Source of the DNA: Burkholderiales bacterium
GTDB taxonomy: Bacteria > Pseudomonadota > Gammaproteobacteria > Burkholderiales > JBILQJ01
Direction: 5' to 3'
Length of the DNA: 42,405 bases
NCBI GenBank assembly: GCA_044373325.1
Contig: JBILQJ010000013.1
Location: forward strand, 1 to 42,405
A model generated the notes under the pieces. It was not told the origin of the DNA, did not search any database, and saw only the letters and a program-made list of their open reading frames with translations. Position numbers and translations under genes: made by a program. Shown here in pieces: positions 8,726 through 18,304 of the stretch (position 1 is the first letter of the stretch; the number at the start of each line of letters is the position of its first letter).

Positions 8726-10405
8726 ATGATTTCTTTTTTCAAACGCCATAAAGCGAGTCACGCATTTTCGACCCGCTTGCCTCCCAAACCCGCCACTTTT
8801 TTGAACACACACGCCCCACTGCTTTTCTTTGCGTTGGTGTTTACGGTTTTTTTTAATGTCACTTTTTTTAAGAAATTGCTGGCGCTGTACGCTTTGCCCC
8901 AAAATTTAGGCTTTGTGATTTCGGTGACTTTGTGCCTTTTTTTTGTGCATGCTTTGTTGTTGGGGCTGGTGTGTTGGGGGCGAGCGCGGCAATGGCTGCT
9001 GGCTGGATTGATTGTTGTTGGTGGTTTTTCTGCGTATTACATGGACAATTTTCGGGTGGTCATTGATCAAATTATGTTGGTGAATGCCGTGCAAACCAAT
9101 CCTGCTGAGGCGGCCGATTTGTTGACGTGGCGCTTGTTGCTGTATGTGGTTTTTTTGGTGATTTTGCCCATCATTTTGTTGATAAAAACCCCTTGGCCAC
9201 GCGCCACTTTTGTGCGGGGTTTAAAACACAGGCTGGTGTATTTGTTGTTGTGTTTATTGGGTTTTGTGTTGGGCGTGTTGCCCGCGTATTCGCATTATCC
9301 CAGCTTTTTACGCCAGCATAAAATGGTGCGTTTTTATTCGAATCCAATCACGCCGATTTATTCGGCGGTGCAATTTGCCCGTCATCTGATACCCAAAGCA
9401 ACCGTGATTGCGCGGGTGTTAGATCACAACCCTAAAGCGGATCAAAATGAGGGGCATCGTGAGTTGGTGATTTTGGTGCTGGGCGAAACGGCACGCGCCG
9501 ATCGATTCTCGCTCAATGGCTACAAGCGATACACCAATCCCTTGTTGTCGAATGAAGCCAACGTGATTAGCTTGCCCAATCTCAGTTCTTGCGGCACCAG
9601 CACGGCGGTTTCTGTGCCGTGTATGTTTTCGGCTTTGCCGCGCGAGTCCTTTTCTGATGAAGCCTTTAAAGCCGAAGAAAATGTCATAGACGTGTTGGCA
9701 CGAGCTGGCGTTAACGTGTTGTGGCGGGATAACAATTCGGACAGTAAAGGTGTGATGAGTCGTTTTACGATAGAAAATTACAAAGAACCCGCACTGAATT
9801 CGGTTTGTGACGTGGAATGTCGCGATGAAGGGATGTTGGTGGGTTTGCAAAAGTACATCGATTCGCACCCTAAAGGCGATATTTTGATTGTGTTGCACGC
9901 CATGGGCAGCCACGGGCCTGCTTATAGTAAACGTTATCCCAAAGCCTTTGAACAGTTTAAGCCTGCTTGCGACACGGTACAGATTGAACAATGCGACAAA
10001 GCGTCCATTGACAACGCTTATGACAACACGATTTTATACACCGATTATTTTTTGAGTGAAACCATTGCTTTGCTCAAGGCAAATTCGCCTAAATTTGAAG
10101 CGTCTATGATATACATGAGCGATCATGGCGAATCTTTGGGCGAAAATGGCTTGTATTTACACGGCTTGCCGTATGCGTTAGCACCCCAAGAACAAAAAAA
10201 TCCTGCGGCTTTAGTGTGGTTTAGCGACGGCGCTTTGGCAGACAACACCGAAGCAAAAAAATTTGAGACCTTAAAAAAACAAGCCTCGCATCCGTATACT
10301 CACGATAATTTATTTCACAGTTTGTTGGGCTTGTTTGAAGTGCAAACCAGCGTTTATCGCCCAGAGTTAGACGTCTTTGACGCGCGTAGCAGCGCCGCGC
10401 CTTAA
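8726..10405 (+). CDS. eptA: phosphoethanolamine--lipid A transferase (EptA/LptA/MCR family)
   Basis: 559 aa; five N-terminal TM helices plus a periplasmic sulfatase-type domain. Motifs align almost residue-for-residue with MCR-1 and Neisseria LptA: VLGETARADRFSLNGY, CGTSTAVSVPCMFS, WRDNNSDSKGVM, HAMGSHGPAYSKRYP, YMSDHGESLGENGLYLHG. Confidence 0.92.
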   Translation: MISFFKRHKASHAFSTRLPPKPATFLNTHAPLLFFALVFTVFFNVTFFKKLLALYALPQNLGFVISVTLCLFFVHALLLGLVCWGRARQWLLAGLIVVGGFSAYYMDNFRVVIDQIMLVNAVQTNPAEAADLLTWRLLLYVVFLVILPIILLIKTPWPRATFVRGLKHRLVYLLLCLLGFVLGVLPAYSHYPSFLRQHKMVRFYSNPITPIYSAVQFARHLIPKATVIARVLDHNPKADQNEGHRELVILVLGETARADRFSLNGYKRYTNPLLSNEANVISLPNLSSCGTSTAVSVPCMFSALPRESFSDEAFKAEENVIDVLARAGVNVLWRDNNSDSKGVMSRFTIENYKEPALNSVCDVECRDEGMLVGLQKYIDSHPKGDILIVLHAMGSHGPAYSKRYPKAFEQFKPACDTVQIEQCDKASIDNAYDNTILYTDYFLSETIALLKANSPKFEASMIYMSDHGESLGENGLYLHGLPYALAPQEQKNPAALVWFSDGALADNTEAKKFETLKKQASHPYTHDNLFHSLLGLFEVQTSVYRPELDVFDARSSAAP

Positions 10406-10431
10406 GCCCTGACGAGTGAGTGTGCAGTACT

Positions 10432-10493
10432 TTGCGGCCAACCTTTTTATCTTGATTTTCATGACGAAAAACAGGAAAAAAGGTTGGCCGCAA
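10432..10493. repeat. palindromic element copy 5 (33-nt loop)
   Basis: TTGCGGCCAACCTTTTTAT-[cttgattttcatgacgaaaaacagg]-AAAAAAGGTTGGCCGCAA. Confidence 0.9.
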
Positions 10494-10709
10494 CGGTTTC
10501 CTTACAAAAAAATGAGTGTTTTAACAAATTTATTATATAAAAATGCCAGCAAATGGCGATGGTTGGACCGAGAGCTTTTTAAAATATAGAAAATAGACTT
10601 ACTAATAAATTGGTTGCGGTGTCACACTGGTTTTTTGTGGTGGCCTGTCTCGGCGTGCTTAGCGTAAGATTGGTTTTCTTAACAAAAAGTTAACCCAAAG
10701 GAGAAGACG

Positions 10710-12308
10710 ATGCAAATCAGCGTCAAAAAACTGGCAACTGTTTTGAGTGTTTTGGTTTTGGCCACTTCGGCGCACTGGGCGATCGCCGACAAAGGCACTT
10801 TTGTGTATTGTTCGGAAGGCAGCCCTGCTGGGTTCGATTCTTCGCAATATACATCGGGTATTGATTTTAATGCAGGCGCTTACGCCCTATTTGATAAATT
10901 GGTGGCGTACAAACCCGGCACTTCAGAAATCATACCCAGCTTGGCCGAAAGTTGGGACGTGTCGCCCGATGGAAAAACATACACGTTTCATTTGCGCCCC
11001 AATGTCCAGTTTCATAGCACCGATTATTTTAAACCCACGCGCAATTTTCAGGCTGAAGATGTGTTATTTACCTTTGGGCGCATGATTAAAAAAGATCACC
11101 CATCTAACCGCTTGTACCCAGCCGAATACCCCAACGCGGTGGATATGGGTTTGACGCGCAACATCGTTTCCATCAAAAAAATAGATAATTTGACCGTTGA
11201 ATTTAAGCTGCAAAAAGTCGATGCGCCGTTTTTGAAAAAAATCGCAGTGCCCTTTGCGATGATACATTCGGCGGAATACGCGCAACAATTGGCCAACCGT
11301 GGGCAATTGGCTCAACTCAACCAAAAACCCATAGGCACAGGGCCGTTTATTTTTAGTAGTTACGCTAAAGATGAGGCCATTCGTTATCTTGGCAATAAAA
11401 ACTATTGGGACGCTGACGCGGTGAAAATTGATAAATTGGTTTTTTCTATCGTGCCTGATGCTGCTGTGCGCTATCAAAAAATGAAAAAAGGTGAATGCGA
11501 TTTAATCGGCACGCCCAACTTTACCGACATTGATGCCATGCGGAAAGAGCCTGATTTTAAAGTACAAGATGCCACGGGCGTGAATATCGGTTATTTGGCC
11601 TATAATACCGAAAAACCAGAAACCAAAAAACTGGCGGTACGTCAAGCCTTGGACATGGCCATCAATCGCCAAGCTTTGGTTGAAGCAGCGTATGGCAATC
11701 AAGGGGTTGTGGCCATTAACCCGTATCCAGCCGCTTTGTGGTCGCACAATACCAGCGTAAAAAATGCACCTTTTAATGTCGAAAAAGCCAAAGCTTTGTT
11801 GGCTCAAGCAGGCTATCCCAATGGTTTTGAAACCGACCTTTGGACGACGACGCACGACAAATCTTGGCGCAGAATGGCCGAAATGATACAAGCCGATTGG
11901 GCAAAAATTGGCGTTAAAGCCAACATCGTCAGCTACGAAACGGCGGAGTTTTTAAAGCGCATTAGCTTGGGCGAATACACGACGACTTTGTCTTCTTGGG
12001 GCGGTGGCTATGCCGATCCTGACCATTTTTTAGGCACGTTGTTGACCTGTCGTGCAGTGGGTGGTTCGAATGTGGCGCGTTATTGTTCTGCCGAATACGA
12101 TGCCTTGGTCGAAAAAGCGGTGACTCTGACCAATCAAACCGAGCGAAGCAAACTTTACGAACAAGCGCAAGTCCTTTTAAAACGCGATTTGCCATGGACA
12201 ACCTTGACGCACACCGCACGTAACCAGCCTATGCGCAAGTCGGTGCAAGGCTACAACGTCAGCCCTTCAGGTTCTCGAGATTTTCGTTACGTGAGTAAAT
12301 CGGAATAA
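10710..12308 (+). CDS. dppA: DppA-family substrate-binding protein, paralogue 2
   Basis: 532 aa; signal peptide MQISVKKLATVLSVLVLATSAHWAIA; SD AAGGAGAAG; paralogous to 5318..6961 along its whole length. Confidence 0.9.
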   Translation: MQISVKKLATVLSVLVLATSAHWAIADKGTFVYCSEGSPAGFDSSQYTSGIDFNAGAYALFDKLVAYKPGTSEIIPSLAESWDVSPDGKTYTFHLRPNVQFHSTDYFKPTRNFQAEDVLFTFGRMIKKDHPSNRLYPAEYPNAVDMGLTRNIVSIKKIDNLTVEFKLQKVDAPFLKKIAVPFAMIHSAEYAQQLANRGQLAQLNQKPIGTGPFIFSSYAKDEAIRYLGNKNYWDADAVKIDKLVFSIVPDAAVRYQKMKKGECDLIGTPNFTDIDAMRKEPDFKVQDATGVNIGYLAYNTEKPETKKLAVRQALDMAINRQALVEAAYGNQGVVAINPYPAALWSHNTSVKNAPFNVEKAKALLAQAGYPNGFETDLWTTTHDKSWRRMAEMIQADWAKIGVKANIVSYETAEFLKRISLGEYTTTLSSWGGGYADPDHFLGTLLTCRAVGGSNVARYCSAEYDALVEKAVTLTNQTERSKLYEQAQVLLKRDLPWTTLTHTARNQPMRKSVQGYNVSPSGSRDFRYVSKSE

Positions 12309-12312
12309 GCCT

Positions 12313-12362
12313 TTGCGGCCAACCTTTTTTAAGCCATTTCTCTGTTAAAAGGTTGGCCGCAA
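12313..12362. repeat. palindromic element copy 6
   Basis: TTGCGGCCAACCTTTTTTAAGCCATTTCTCTGTTAAAAGGTTGGCCGCAA, 5 bp after the dppA2 stop. Confidence 0.95.
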
Positions 12363-12532
12363 CCTGAACGGTTGTTTGTTTTTACTTTAATTTACCCAAA
12401 AATCAAAAAATGTTATATCTTTTGGCTGTTGAACGGTGGCAAGGTTCAACAGGTTTGAACTTTGCGCAATGAATCATTTTAGGGCGCGGGGCTTCTTTTT
12501 GAGGATTAATTTTTTGATGGGTTAAGATAAAA

Positions 12533-14146
12533 ATGAACGTTCAATTCAAAAAAATAGCAGTTGCCTTAAGCGTATTGGGCGCGTTGGGCGCGACCAGTTC
12601 GGCCATCGCAGCCGGAACTTTAGTTTATTGTTCTGATGCAAGTCCTGCTGGATTTGACGTGGCGCAGTTTACTGCTGGCACCGATTTCGACGCGGGCGCA
12701 CGCACCATGTTTGACAGCTTGTTGGCCTACAAACCGGGCACAACAGAAATGATTCCTGCTTTGGCCGAAAAATGGACGATTTCCGAAGATGGCAAAACGT
12801 ACACGTTTCAGTTGCGTACTGGCGTGAAGTTTCACACGACCGATTACTTTACGCCGACTCGTGATTTGCAAGCCGAAGATGTCATTTTTACCTTTGGGCG
12901 CATGATTAAAAAAGATCACCCGTCTAACCAAGCCTATCCTGCACAGTTTCCGTATGCAGGTTCTTTGGGCTTGGACAGCAACATTCTTTCGATTAAAAAA
13001 ATCGACAACTTAACGGTTGAATTTAAATTAAAAGAAGTTGATGCGCCATTTTTGGCCAAAATTGCCATGGATTTTGCGTCCATTCAATCGGTTGAATACG
13101 CACAAAAACTGGCGAATGCCGGGCGATTGGCCGAAATTAATCAAAAACCCATCGGCACGGGGCCTTTTGTGTTTAGCAGTTACACCAAAGACGAAACCAT
13201 CCGTTACACCGCCAATCCCAATTATTGGAATAAAGCAGCGGTTCAGTTGGATAAGTTGATTTTTTCAATCAACAAAGAAGCCTCTGTGCGCTATCAAAAG
13301 CTGAAAAAAGGCGAGTGTGATATTTTGGCTTATCCCAACCCCAGTGACGTGGCTGAAATGAAAAAAGATGCCACTTTGAAGGTGGACAGCGCGCCGGGCT
13401 TTAGCGTGGGTTATGTGGCTTACAACACTCAAAAAGCCGAAATGCAAAAACGAGAAGTACGACAAGCGTTAGACATGGCCATTAATCGTAAAGCCATCGT
13501 CGAGGCGGTGTATCAAGGTCAAGGCCAAGAAGCGACTAACCCTTTTCCACCTTCTTTGTGGTCGTACAATACCACGCTCAAAAATGCGCCTGTTGATATC
13601 ACGAAAGCCAAAGCTTTATTGGCCAAAGCAGGTTATCCAAATGGCTTTGAAACCGAGCTTTGGGCGATGCCAGTGCAACGCGCTTACAATCCCAACGCCA
13701 AATTAATGGCCGAAATGATACAAGCCGACTGGGCAAAGATAGGCGTTAAAACCAAAATCGTGAGCTTTGAATGGGGCGAATATTTGAAGCGCGCTCGCAA
13801 GGGCGAACACACAGCGGGGTTATTTGGCTGGTTGGGCGATTTTGCTGACCCAGATAATTTTTTGGGCGTGTTATTGACTTGTAAGTCAGTAGGCGGCCCG
13901 AATTATGCGCAATATTGTTCGCCAGAATTTGATGCCTTAGTCAATAAAGCCGCCCGCACCACCGACGTGGCCGAGCGGACAAAATTGTACGAAGAAGCGC
14001 AGGTGATTTTCAAACGCGATTTGCCGTGGACTACCATCGCCCATTCGACGGTTAATCAACCCATGCGCAAAGAAGTGATGGGCTTTAAAATCAGCCCTTT
14101 TGGTAATTATGACTTCCGTTATGTGAGTAAATCCGCCAGCAACTAA
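12533..14146 (+). CDS. dppA: DppA-family substrate-binding protein, paralogue 3
   Basis: 537 aa; signal peptide then AAGTLVYCSDASPAGFD; closest to paralogue 4 (shared IKKDHPSN, QGQGQEA, NPNAKLMAEMIQADWAKIGVKTKIV). Confidence 0.9.
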   Translation: MNVQFKKIAVALSVLGALGATSSAIAAGTLVYCSDASPAGFDVAQFTAGTDFDAGARTMFDSLLAYKPGTTEMIPALAEKWTISEDGKTYTFQLRTGVKFHTTDYFTPTRDLQAEDVIFTFGRMIKKDHPSNQAYPAQFPYAGSLGLDSNILSIKKIDNLTVEFKLKEVDAPFLAKIAMDFASIQSVEYAQKLANAGRLAEINQKPIGTGPFVFSSYTKDETIRYTANPNYWNKAAVQLDKLIFSINKEASVRYQKLKKGECDILAYPNPSDVAEMKKDATLKVDSAPGFSVGYVAYNTQKAEMQKREVRQALDMAINRKAIVEAVYQGQGQEATNPFPPSLWSYNTTLKNAPVDITKAKALLAKAGYPNGFETELWAMPVQRAYNPNAKLMAEMIQADWAKIGVKTKIVSFEWGEYLKRARKGEHTAGLFGWLGDFADPDNFLGVLLTCKSVGGPNYAQYCSPEFDALVNKAARTTDVAERTKLYEEAQVIFKRDLPWTTIAHSTVNQPMRKEVMGFKISPFGNYDFRYVSKSASN

Positions 14147-14174
14147 ACCCGAGCAATCAGGGCAAATAAACATA

Positions 14175-14229
14175 TTGCGGCCAGCCTTGCCGAGTTTTTC
14201 GTCAAAAACATTAAAAAGGTTGGCTGCAA
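14175..14229. repeat. palindromic element copy 7 (both arms mutated)
   Basis: TTGCGGCCAGCCTTGCC...AAAAAGGTTGGCTGCAA. Confidence 0.7.
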
Positions 14230-14409
14230 CTTTATGGCGAATTTGGCTTGCACTGCAACATAAAAAAGCGCTTGCCAATAGAATGTGCTTGTTATATTGT
14301 CTTGCCTTCAATTTTTAGATGGCTTATCAGCCCTTATGTCATAAATGATAGGCTTTTTTGTCTATGGCGCATACGCGCAAAGATTTTTACATCATAAAAA
14401 GGAAGAAAC

Positions 14410-15999
14410 ATGAAAATTAAAAAAATAGTCAGCGCCCTAGCGTTGTTGGTAGCCAGCACATCAGCGATGGCCGCTGGCGGCACGTTGGTCTATTGTTCTG
14501 AAGGCAGTCCTGCTGGGTTTGATGTGGCTCAATTTACATCAGGTACCGATTTTGATGCGGGCGCACGCACCATGATGGATAACTTGATTGCCTACAAAAA
14601 AGGCACAACAGAAATGGTGCCTGCGTTGGCTGAAAAATGGGACATTTCAGAAGATGGTAAAACTTACACTTTCCATTTACGCCCTAACGTTAAGTTCCAC
14701 ACAACAGAGTATTTTACGCCCACTCGTGACTTACAAGCCGAAGACGTGATTTTTAGCTTTGGGCGCATGATAAAAAAAGATCACCCGTCTAACAAATTTT
14801 ACCCAGCCGAATTTCCTTACGCAACGGATATGGCCTTGGATACCAATATTGTTTCTATTAAAAAAATCGATAACTTAACGGTTGAATTTAAATTAAAAGA
14901 AGTCGATGCGCCGTTCTTGGCCAAATTGGCCATGGCCTTTGCGTCGATTCAATCGGTGGAATACGCGCAACAATTGGCCAGCGCAGGTAAGTTGTCTGAT
15001 TTAAACCAAAAGCCCATCGGTACGGGGCCGTTTGTGTTTAGCAGTTACGAAAAAGACAGCACCATCCGTTACAACGCCAATAAAAATTATTGGAACCCAG
15101 CCGATGTTAAAGTCGATAAATTGATTTTTTCTATCACCAAAGATGCGGCCGTGCGTTATCAAAAATTGAAAAAAGGCGAGTGCGACATTTTGTCTTATCC
15201 TAGCGTCAGCGATTTGGCTGAAATGAAAAAAGATACGGCTTTAAAAGTGGACAGCGCCCCTGGATTCAACATTGGCTATGTGACGTATAACACCGAAAAA
15301 CCAGAAATGAAGAAGCTAGAAGTCCGTCAAGCATTGGACATGGCGATTAATCGCAAAGCCATTATTGATGCGGTTTATCAAGGTCAAGGTCAAGAAGCGA
15401 GTAATCCATATCCGTCTTCTTTGTGGTCGTATAACCCTGCCTTGAAAAATGCACCGCTGGACATCGCCAAAGCCAAAGCCCTGTTGGCCAAAGCAGGCTA
15501 TCCAAATGGTTTTGAAACCGACCTTTGGGCGATGCCCGTTTCGCGTCCTTACAATCCAAATGCCAAATTAATGGCCGAAATGATACAAGCCGATTGGGCG
15601 AAGATAGGCGTAAAAACCAAAATCGTGACCTTTGAATGGGGTGAGTATTTGAAACGCCTAAGACAAGGTGAACACATGGCGGCTTTGGTGGGCTGGACGG
15701 GCGATTATGCTGACCCAGATAATTTCTTGGGTGTGTTGTTGTCGTGCAAAGCCGTTGGTGGTTCTAACTATTCGCGCTATTGTTCTAAACCTTTTGATGA
15801 GTTAATCAACAAAGCGGTTGCAACCACCAATGTTGCTGAACGCACCAAATTGTACGAAGAAGCACAAGTCATCTTCAAACAAGAGTTGCCTTGGTCTACC
15901 ATTGCGCATTCAACCACCAACCAACCCATGCGCAAAGAATTGACAGGATTCCACATCAGCCCCTTTGGTGATTATGATTTCCGTGGCGTGAGTAAATAA
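14410..15999 (+). CDS. dppA: DppA-family substrate-binding protein, paralogue 4
   Basis: 529 aa; MKIKKIVSALALLVASTSAMAAGGTLVYCSEGSP; SD AAAGGAAG. Confidence 0.9.
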   Translation: MKIKKIVSALALLVASTSAMAAGGTLVYCSEGSPAGFDVAQFTSGTDFDAGARTMMDNLIAYKKGTTEMVPALAEKWDISEDGKTYTFHLRPNVKFHTTEYFTPTRDLQAEDVIFSFGRMIKKDHPSNKFYPAEFPYATDMALDTNIVSIKKIDNLTVEFKLKEVDAPFLAKLAMAFASIQSVEYAQQLASAGKLSDLNQKPIGTGPFVFSSYEKDSTIRYNANKNYWNPADVKVDKLIFSITKDAAVRYQKLKKGECDILSYPSVSDLAEMKKDTALKVDSAPGFNIGYVTYNTEKPEMKKLEVRQALDMAINRKAIIDAVYQGQGQEASNPYPSSLWSYNPALKNAPLDIAKAKALLAKAGYPNGFETDLWAMPVSRPYNPNAKLMAEMIQADWAKIGVKTKIVTFEWGEYLKRLRQGEHMAALVGWTGDYADPDNFLGVLLSCKAVGGSNYSRYCSKPFDELINKAVATTNVAERTKLYEEAQVIFKQELPWSTIAHSTTNQPMRKELTGFHISPFGDYDFRGVSK

Positions 16000-16018
16000 C
16001 ATCACCAACAGAGTGATT

Positions 16019-16077
16019 TGTGGCCAACCTTTTTAAGTGGTACTTGTTTTGTTTTTACTAAAAAGGTTGGCCGCAGT
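16019..16077. repeat. palindromic element copy 8
   Basis: TTGTGGCCAACCTTTTTAAG-[tggtacttgttttgtttttact]-AAAAAGGTTGGCCGCAG. Confidence 0.9.
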
Positions 16078-16105
16078 ATTGAGATGTCGCCTTGTGCTAA
16101 AAGTC

Positions 16106-16160
16106 GTTGGCCATTTTGTTGAGGCCAACCTTTTTGTTTTTGGCTGAAAACCAAGGCGCG
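16106..16160. repeat. decayed palindromic element copy 8b
   Basis: GTTGGCCATTTTGTTGAGGCCAACCTTTTTG...AAGGCGCG; the right arm is largely deleted. Confidence 0.5.
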
Positions 16161-16198
16161 TTATTGAATGATGTGGTTCTTTTTGCGGTGGATATCTT

Positions 16199-17227
16199 AT
16201 GTTTGCTTTTGCTTTTCGGCGTTTGTTTACGCTCATTCCAACGTTTTTTGGCATTACACTGTTGTCGTTTGTGTTGATTCATTCCATACCGGGAGACCCT
16301 GTTGAGGTCATGATGGGTGAAAAAACGGTTGACCCTGTGTTGCACGCACAAGCCTTAAAACGCTTGGGGCTGGATTTGCCTTTGCCCGAACAATATTGGA
16401 ATTACCTCAAACAGTTGGCTCATGGCGACTTAGGCACGTCTTTTCGCACGCAAAATCCTGTTTGGGCAGATTTTAAAATTGCCTTTACAGCCACGGCTGA
16501 ATTGGCGATTTTTGCGTTGACTTTGGCGGTTGTGTTGGGCTTGATTTTGGGGGTGACGGCGGCGGTTAAACGCGGTTCTATTTTTGATCATGGCGTGATG
16601 ACCTTGGCGCTCACAGGTTACTCTATGCCCATTTTTTGGTGGGGCTTGATGGCCATGATGTTTTTCTCGGTTTATTTGGGCTGGTTGCCTGTGTCTGGGC
16701 GTTTGGATTTGATGTTTGACATTCCGCGCGTGACGGGTTTTATGTTAATCGACAGTTTTTTGGCCGAAAACGCGCACCCATTAGAAAATAAAGGCGCATT
16801 TAAAGATGCGGTGATGCATTTGATTTTACCTGCCATTGTGTTGGGCACGAACTCTTTGGCCATTATTGCGCGCATGACGCGTTCGGCCATGTTGGAAGTG
16901 TTAAAAGAAGATTACATCCGAACCGCTAAAGCCAAAGGCTTGTCGCCGCTGCGCGTGATTTTTGTCCACGCTTTGCGCAACGCCTTAATCCCTGTGATTA
17001 CGATTATTGGTTTGCAATTGGGTGGCATTTTTAGTGGCGCTGTGTTGACTGAAACCATTTTTTCTTGGCCTGGTATCGGTACGTGGTTGGTGAACGCCAT
17101 TGGGCAACGTGATTATCCCATCGTACAAAGTGGCATTTTGATTATTGCGACTCTGGTGATATTGACCAATTTCATGGTGGATTTGTTGTACGGTGTTGTT
17201 AGCCCTCGCATTCGTCATGAAAAATAA
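16199..17227 (+). CDS. dppB: dipeptide ABC transporter permease DppB
   Basis: 342 aa; ~60% identical by eye to E. coli DppB (IPTFFGITLLSF, RGSIFDH, GYSMPIFWWG, EDYIRTAKAKGL, SWPGIG, LLYGVVSPRIRH). Confidence 0.93.
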   Translation: MFAFAFRRLFTLIPTFFGITLLSFVLIHSIPGDPVEVMMGEKTVDPVLHAQALKRLGLDLPLPEQYWNYLKQLAHGDLGTSFRTQNPVWADFKIAFTATAELAIFALTLAVVLGLILGVTAAVKRGSIFDHGVMTLALTGYSMPIFWWGLMAMMFFSVYLGWLPVSGRLDLMFDIPRVTGFMLIDSFLAENAHPLENKGAFKDAVMHLILPAIVLGTNSLAIIARMTRSAMLEVLKEDYIRTAKAKGLSPLRVIFVHALRNALIPVITIIGLQLGGIFSGAVLTETIFSWPGIGTWLVNAIGQRDYPIVQSGILIIATLVILTNFMVDLLYGVVSPRIRHEK

Positions 17228-17239
17228 AGGATATTTTAA

Positions 17240-18187
17240 ATGAATCAAACGGTTAAATTAGAAAGCTCTCCCAACACCACCAACCAAGTTGACACGACTG
17301 CCCCCGATTTTGTGCCGACACATCCTTCACCACTGCGTGAATTTTGGGCGACTTTTAGTCAAAACAAAGGCGCGGTCATCGGCTTGTGTTTGTTTGCGGT
17401 TTTGTTGTTTTGCGCCATATTTGCGCCCATTCTTGCGCCGCACGACCCCATCGAACAATACCGCGATTTTATGTTGACCCCGCCAAGCTGGACAGAAGGT
17501 GGCAATCCGCAATTTTTATTAGGGACAGATGAAGTGGGGCGCGATATTTTGTCGCGTCTGATGCACGGGGCGCAATTGTCTATGGGTGTGGGATTTATTT
17601 CTGTCATTCTTTCCATGATACCGGGCATTATTTTAGGTTTGGTTGCGGCGTTTTTTCCTAAATACATAGGCGCATTCATCATGCGCGTGGTTGACATTAC
17701 GATGGCATTCCCCTTTTTGTTGTTGGCGATTGTGATTGTAATTGTGCTGTCACCGTCTTTGGCGACCACTGTGGTGGCCGTGTCTATCGTGAATTTGCCC
17801 GCCTATGTGCGCATGATGCGCGCTGAAGCCATGAGCCAAATGAATCGCGATTACGTGATGGCCAGTCGCGTGTCGGGCGCTGGGTTGTTGCGCATTATGT
17901 TTGTGTCGGTGTTGCCCAATTGTATGGCACCGTTGATTGTGCAAGGCACGATGGGCTTTTCTTCGGCCATTTTAGAAATTGCGGCTTTGGGCTTTTTGGG
18001 CATGGGCATACAACCGCCAGCGGCAGAATGGGGCACCATGTTGTCCAGCGCGCGCGATTACATCAGCAGCGCTTGGTGGGTGGTGACTTTCCCAGGGATT
18101 ACCATTTTAATTTCGGTTTTGTCGATTAATTTGATGGGAGATGGCTTGCGTGATGCGCTAGACCCTAAAATGAAAAAAATAGGTTAA
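17240..18187 (+). CDS. dppC: dipeptide ABC transporter permease DppC
   Basis: 315 aa; LREFWATFSQNKGAV, LGTDEVGRDILSRLMHGA, NRDYVMASRVSGAG and WWVVTFPG match E. coli DppC. Confidence 0.93.
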   Translation: MNQTVKLESSPNTTNQVDTTAPDFVPTHPSPLREFWATFSQNKGAVIGLCLFAVLLFCAIFAPILAPHDPIEQYRDFMLTPPSWTEGGNPQFLLGTDEVGRDILSRLMHGAQLSMGVGFISVILSMIPGIILGLVAAFFPKYIGAFIMRVVDITMAFPFLLLAIVIVIVLSPSLATTVVAVSIVNLPAYVRMMRAEAMSQMNRDYVMASRVSGAGLLRIMFVSVLPNCMAPLIVQGTMGFSSAILEIAALGFLGMGIQPPAAEWGTMLSSARDYISSAWWVVTFPGITILISVLSINLMGDGLRDALDPKMKKIG

Positions 18188-18260
18188 GGCCAGCAGCCTT
18201 TAAAGTTGATTTTCAGACACAAGGTTGGCCGCAAGCGTATTGCCTGCTGCGGCCAACCTT
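18188..18260. repeat. composite palindromic element (1.5 copies) between dppC and dppD
   Basis: Decayed left arm AAGGCCAGCAGCCTTT, then spacer, then AAGGTTGGCCGCAAGC-[gtattgcct]-GCTGCGGCCAACCTT. The last two arms form a tight hairpin in the inverted configuration. Confidence 0.8.
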
Positions 18261-18304
18261 GAACGGGTTTCGATACTGAACGATTTGGATATTTGGAGTG
18301 GCGC

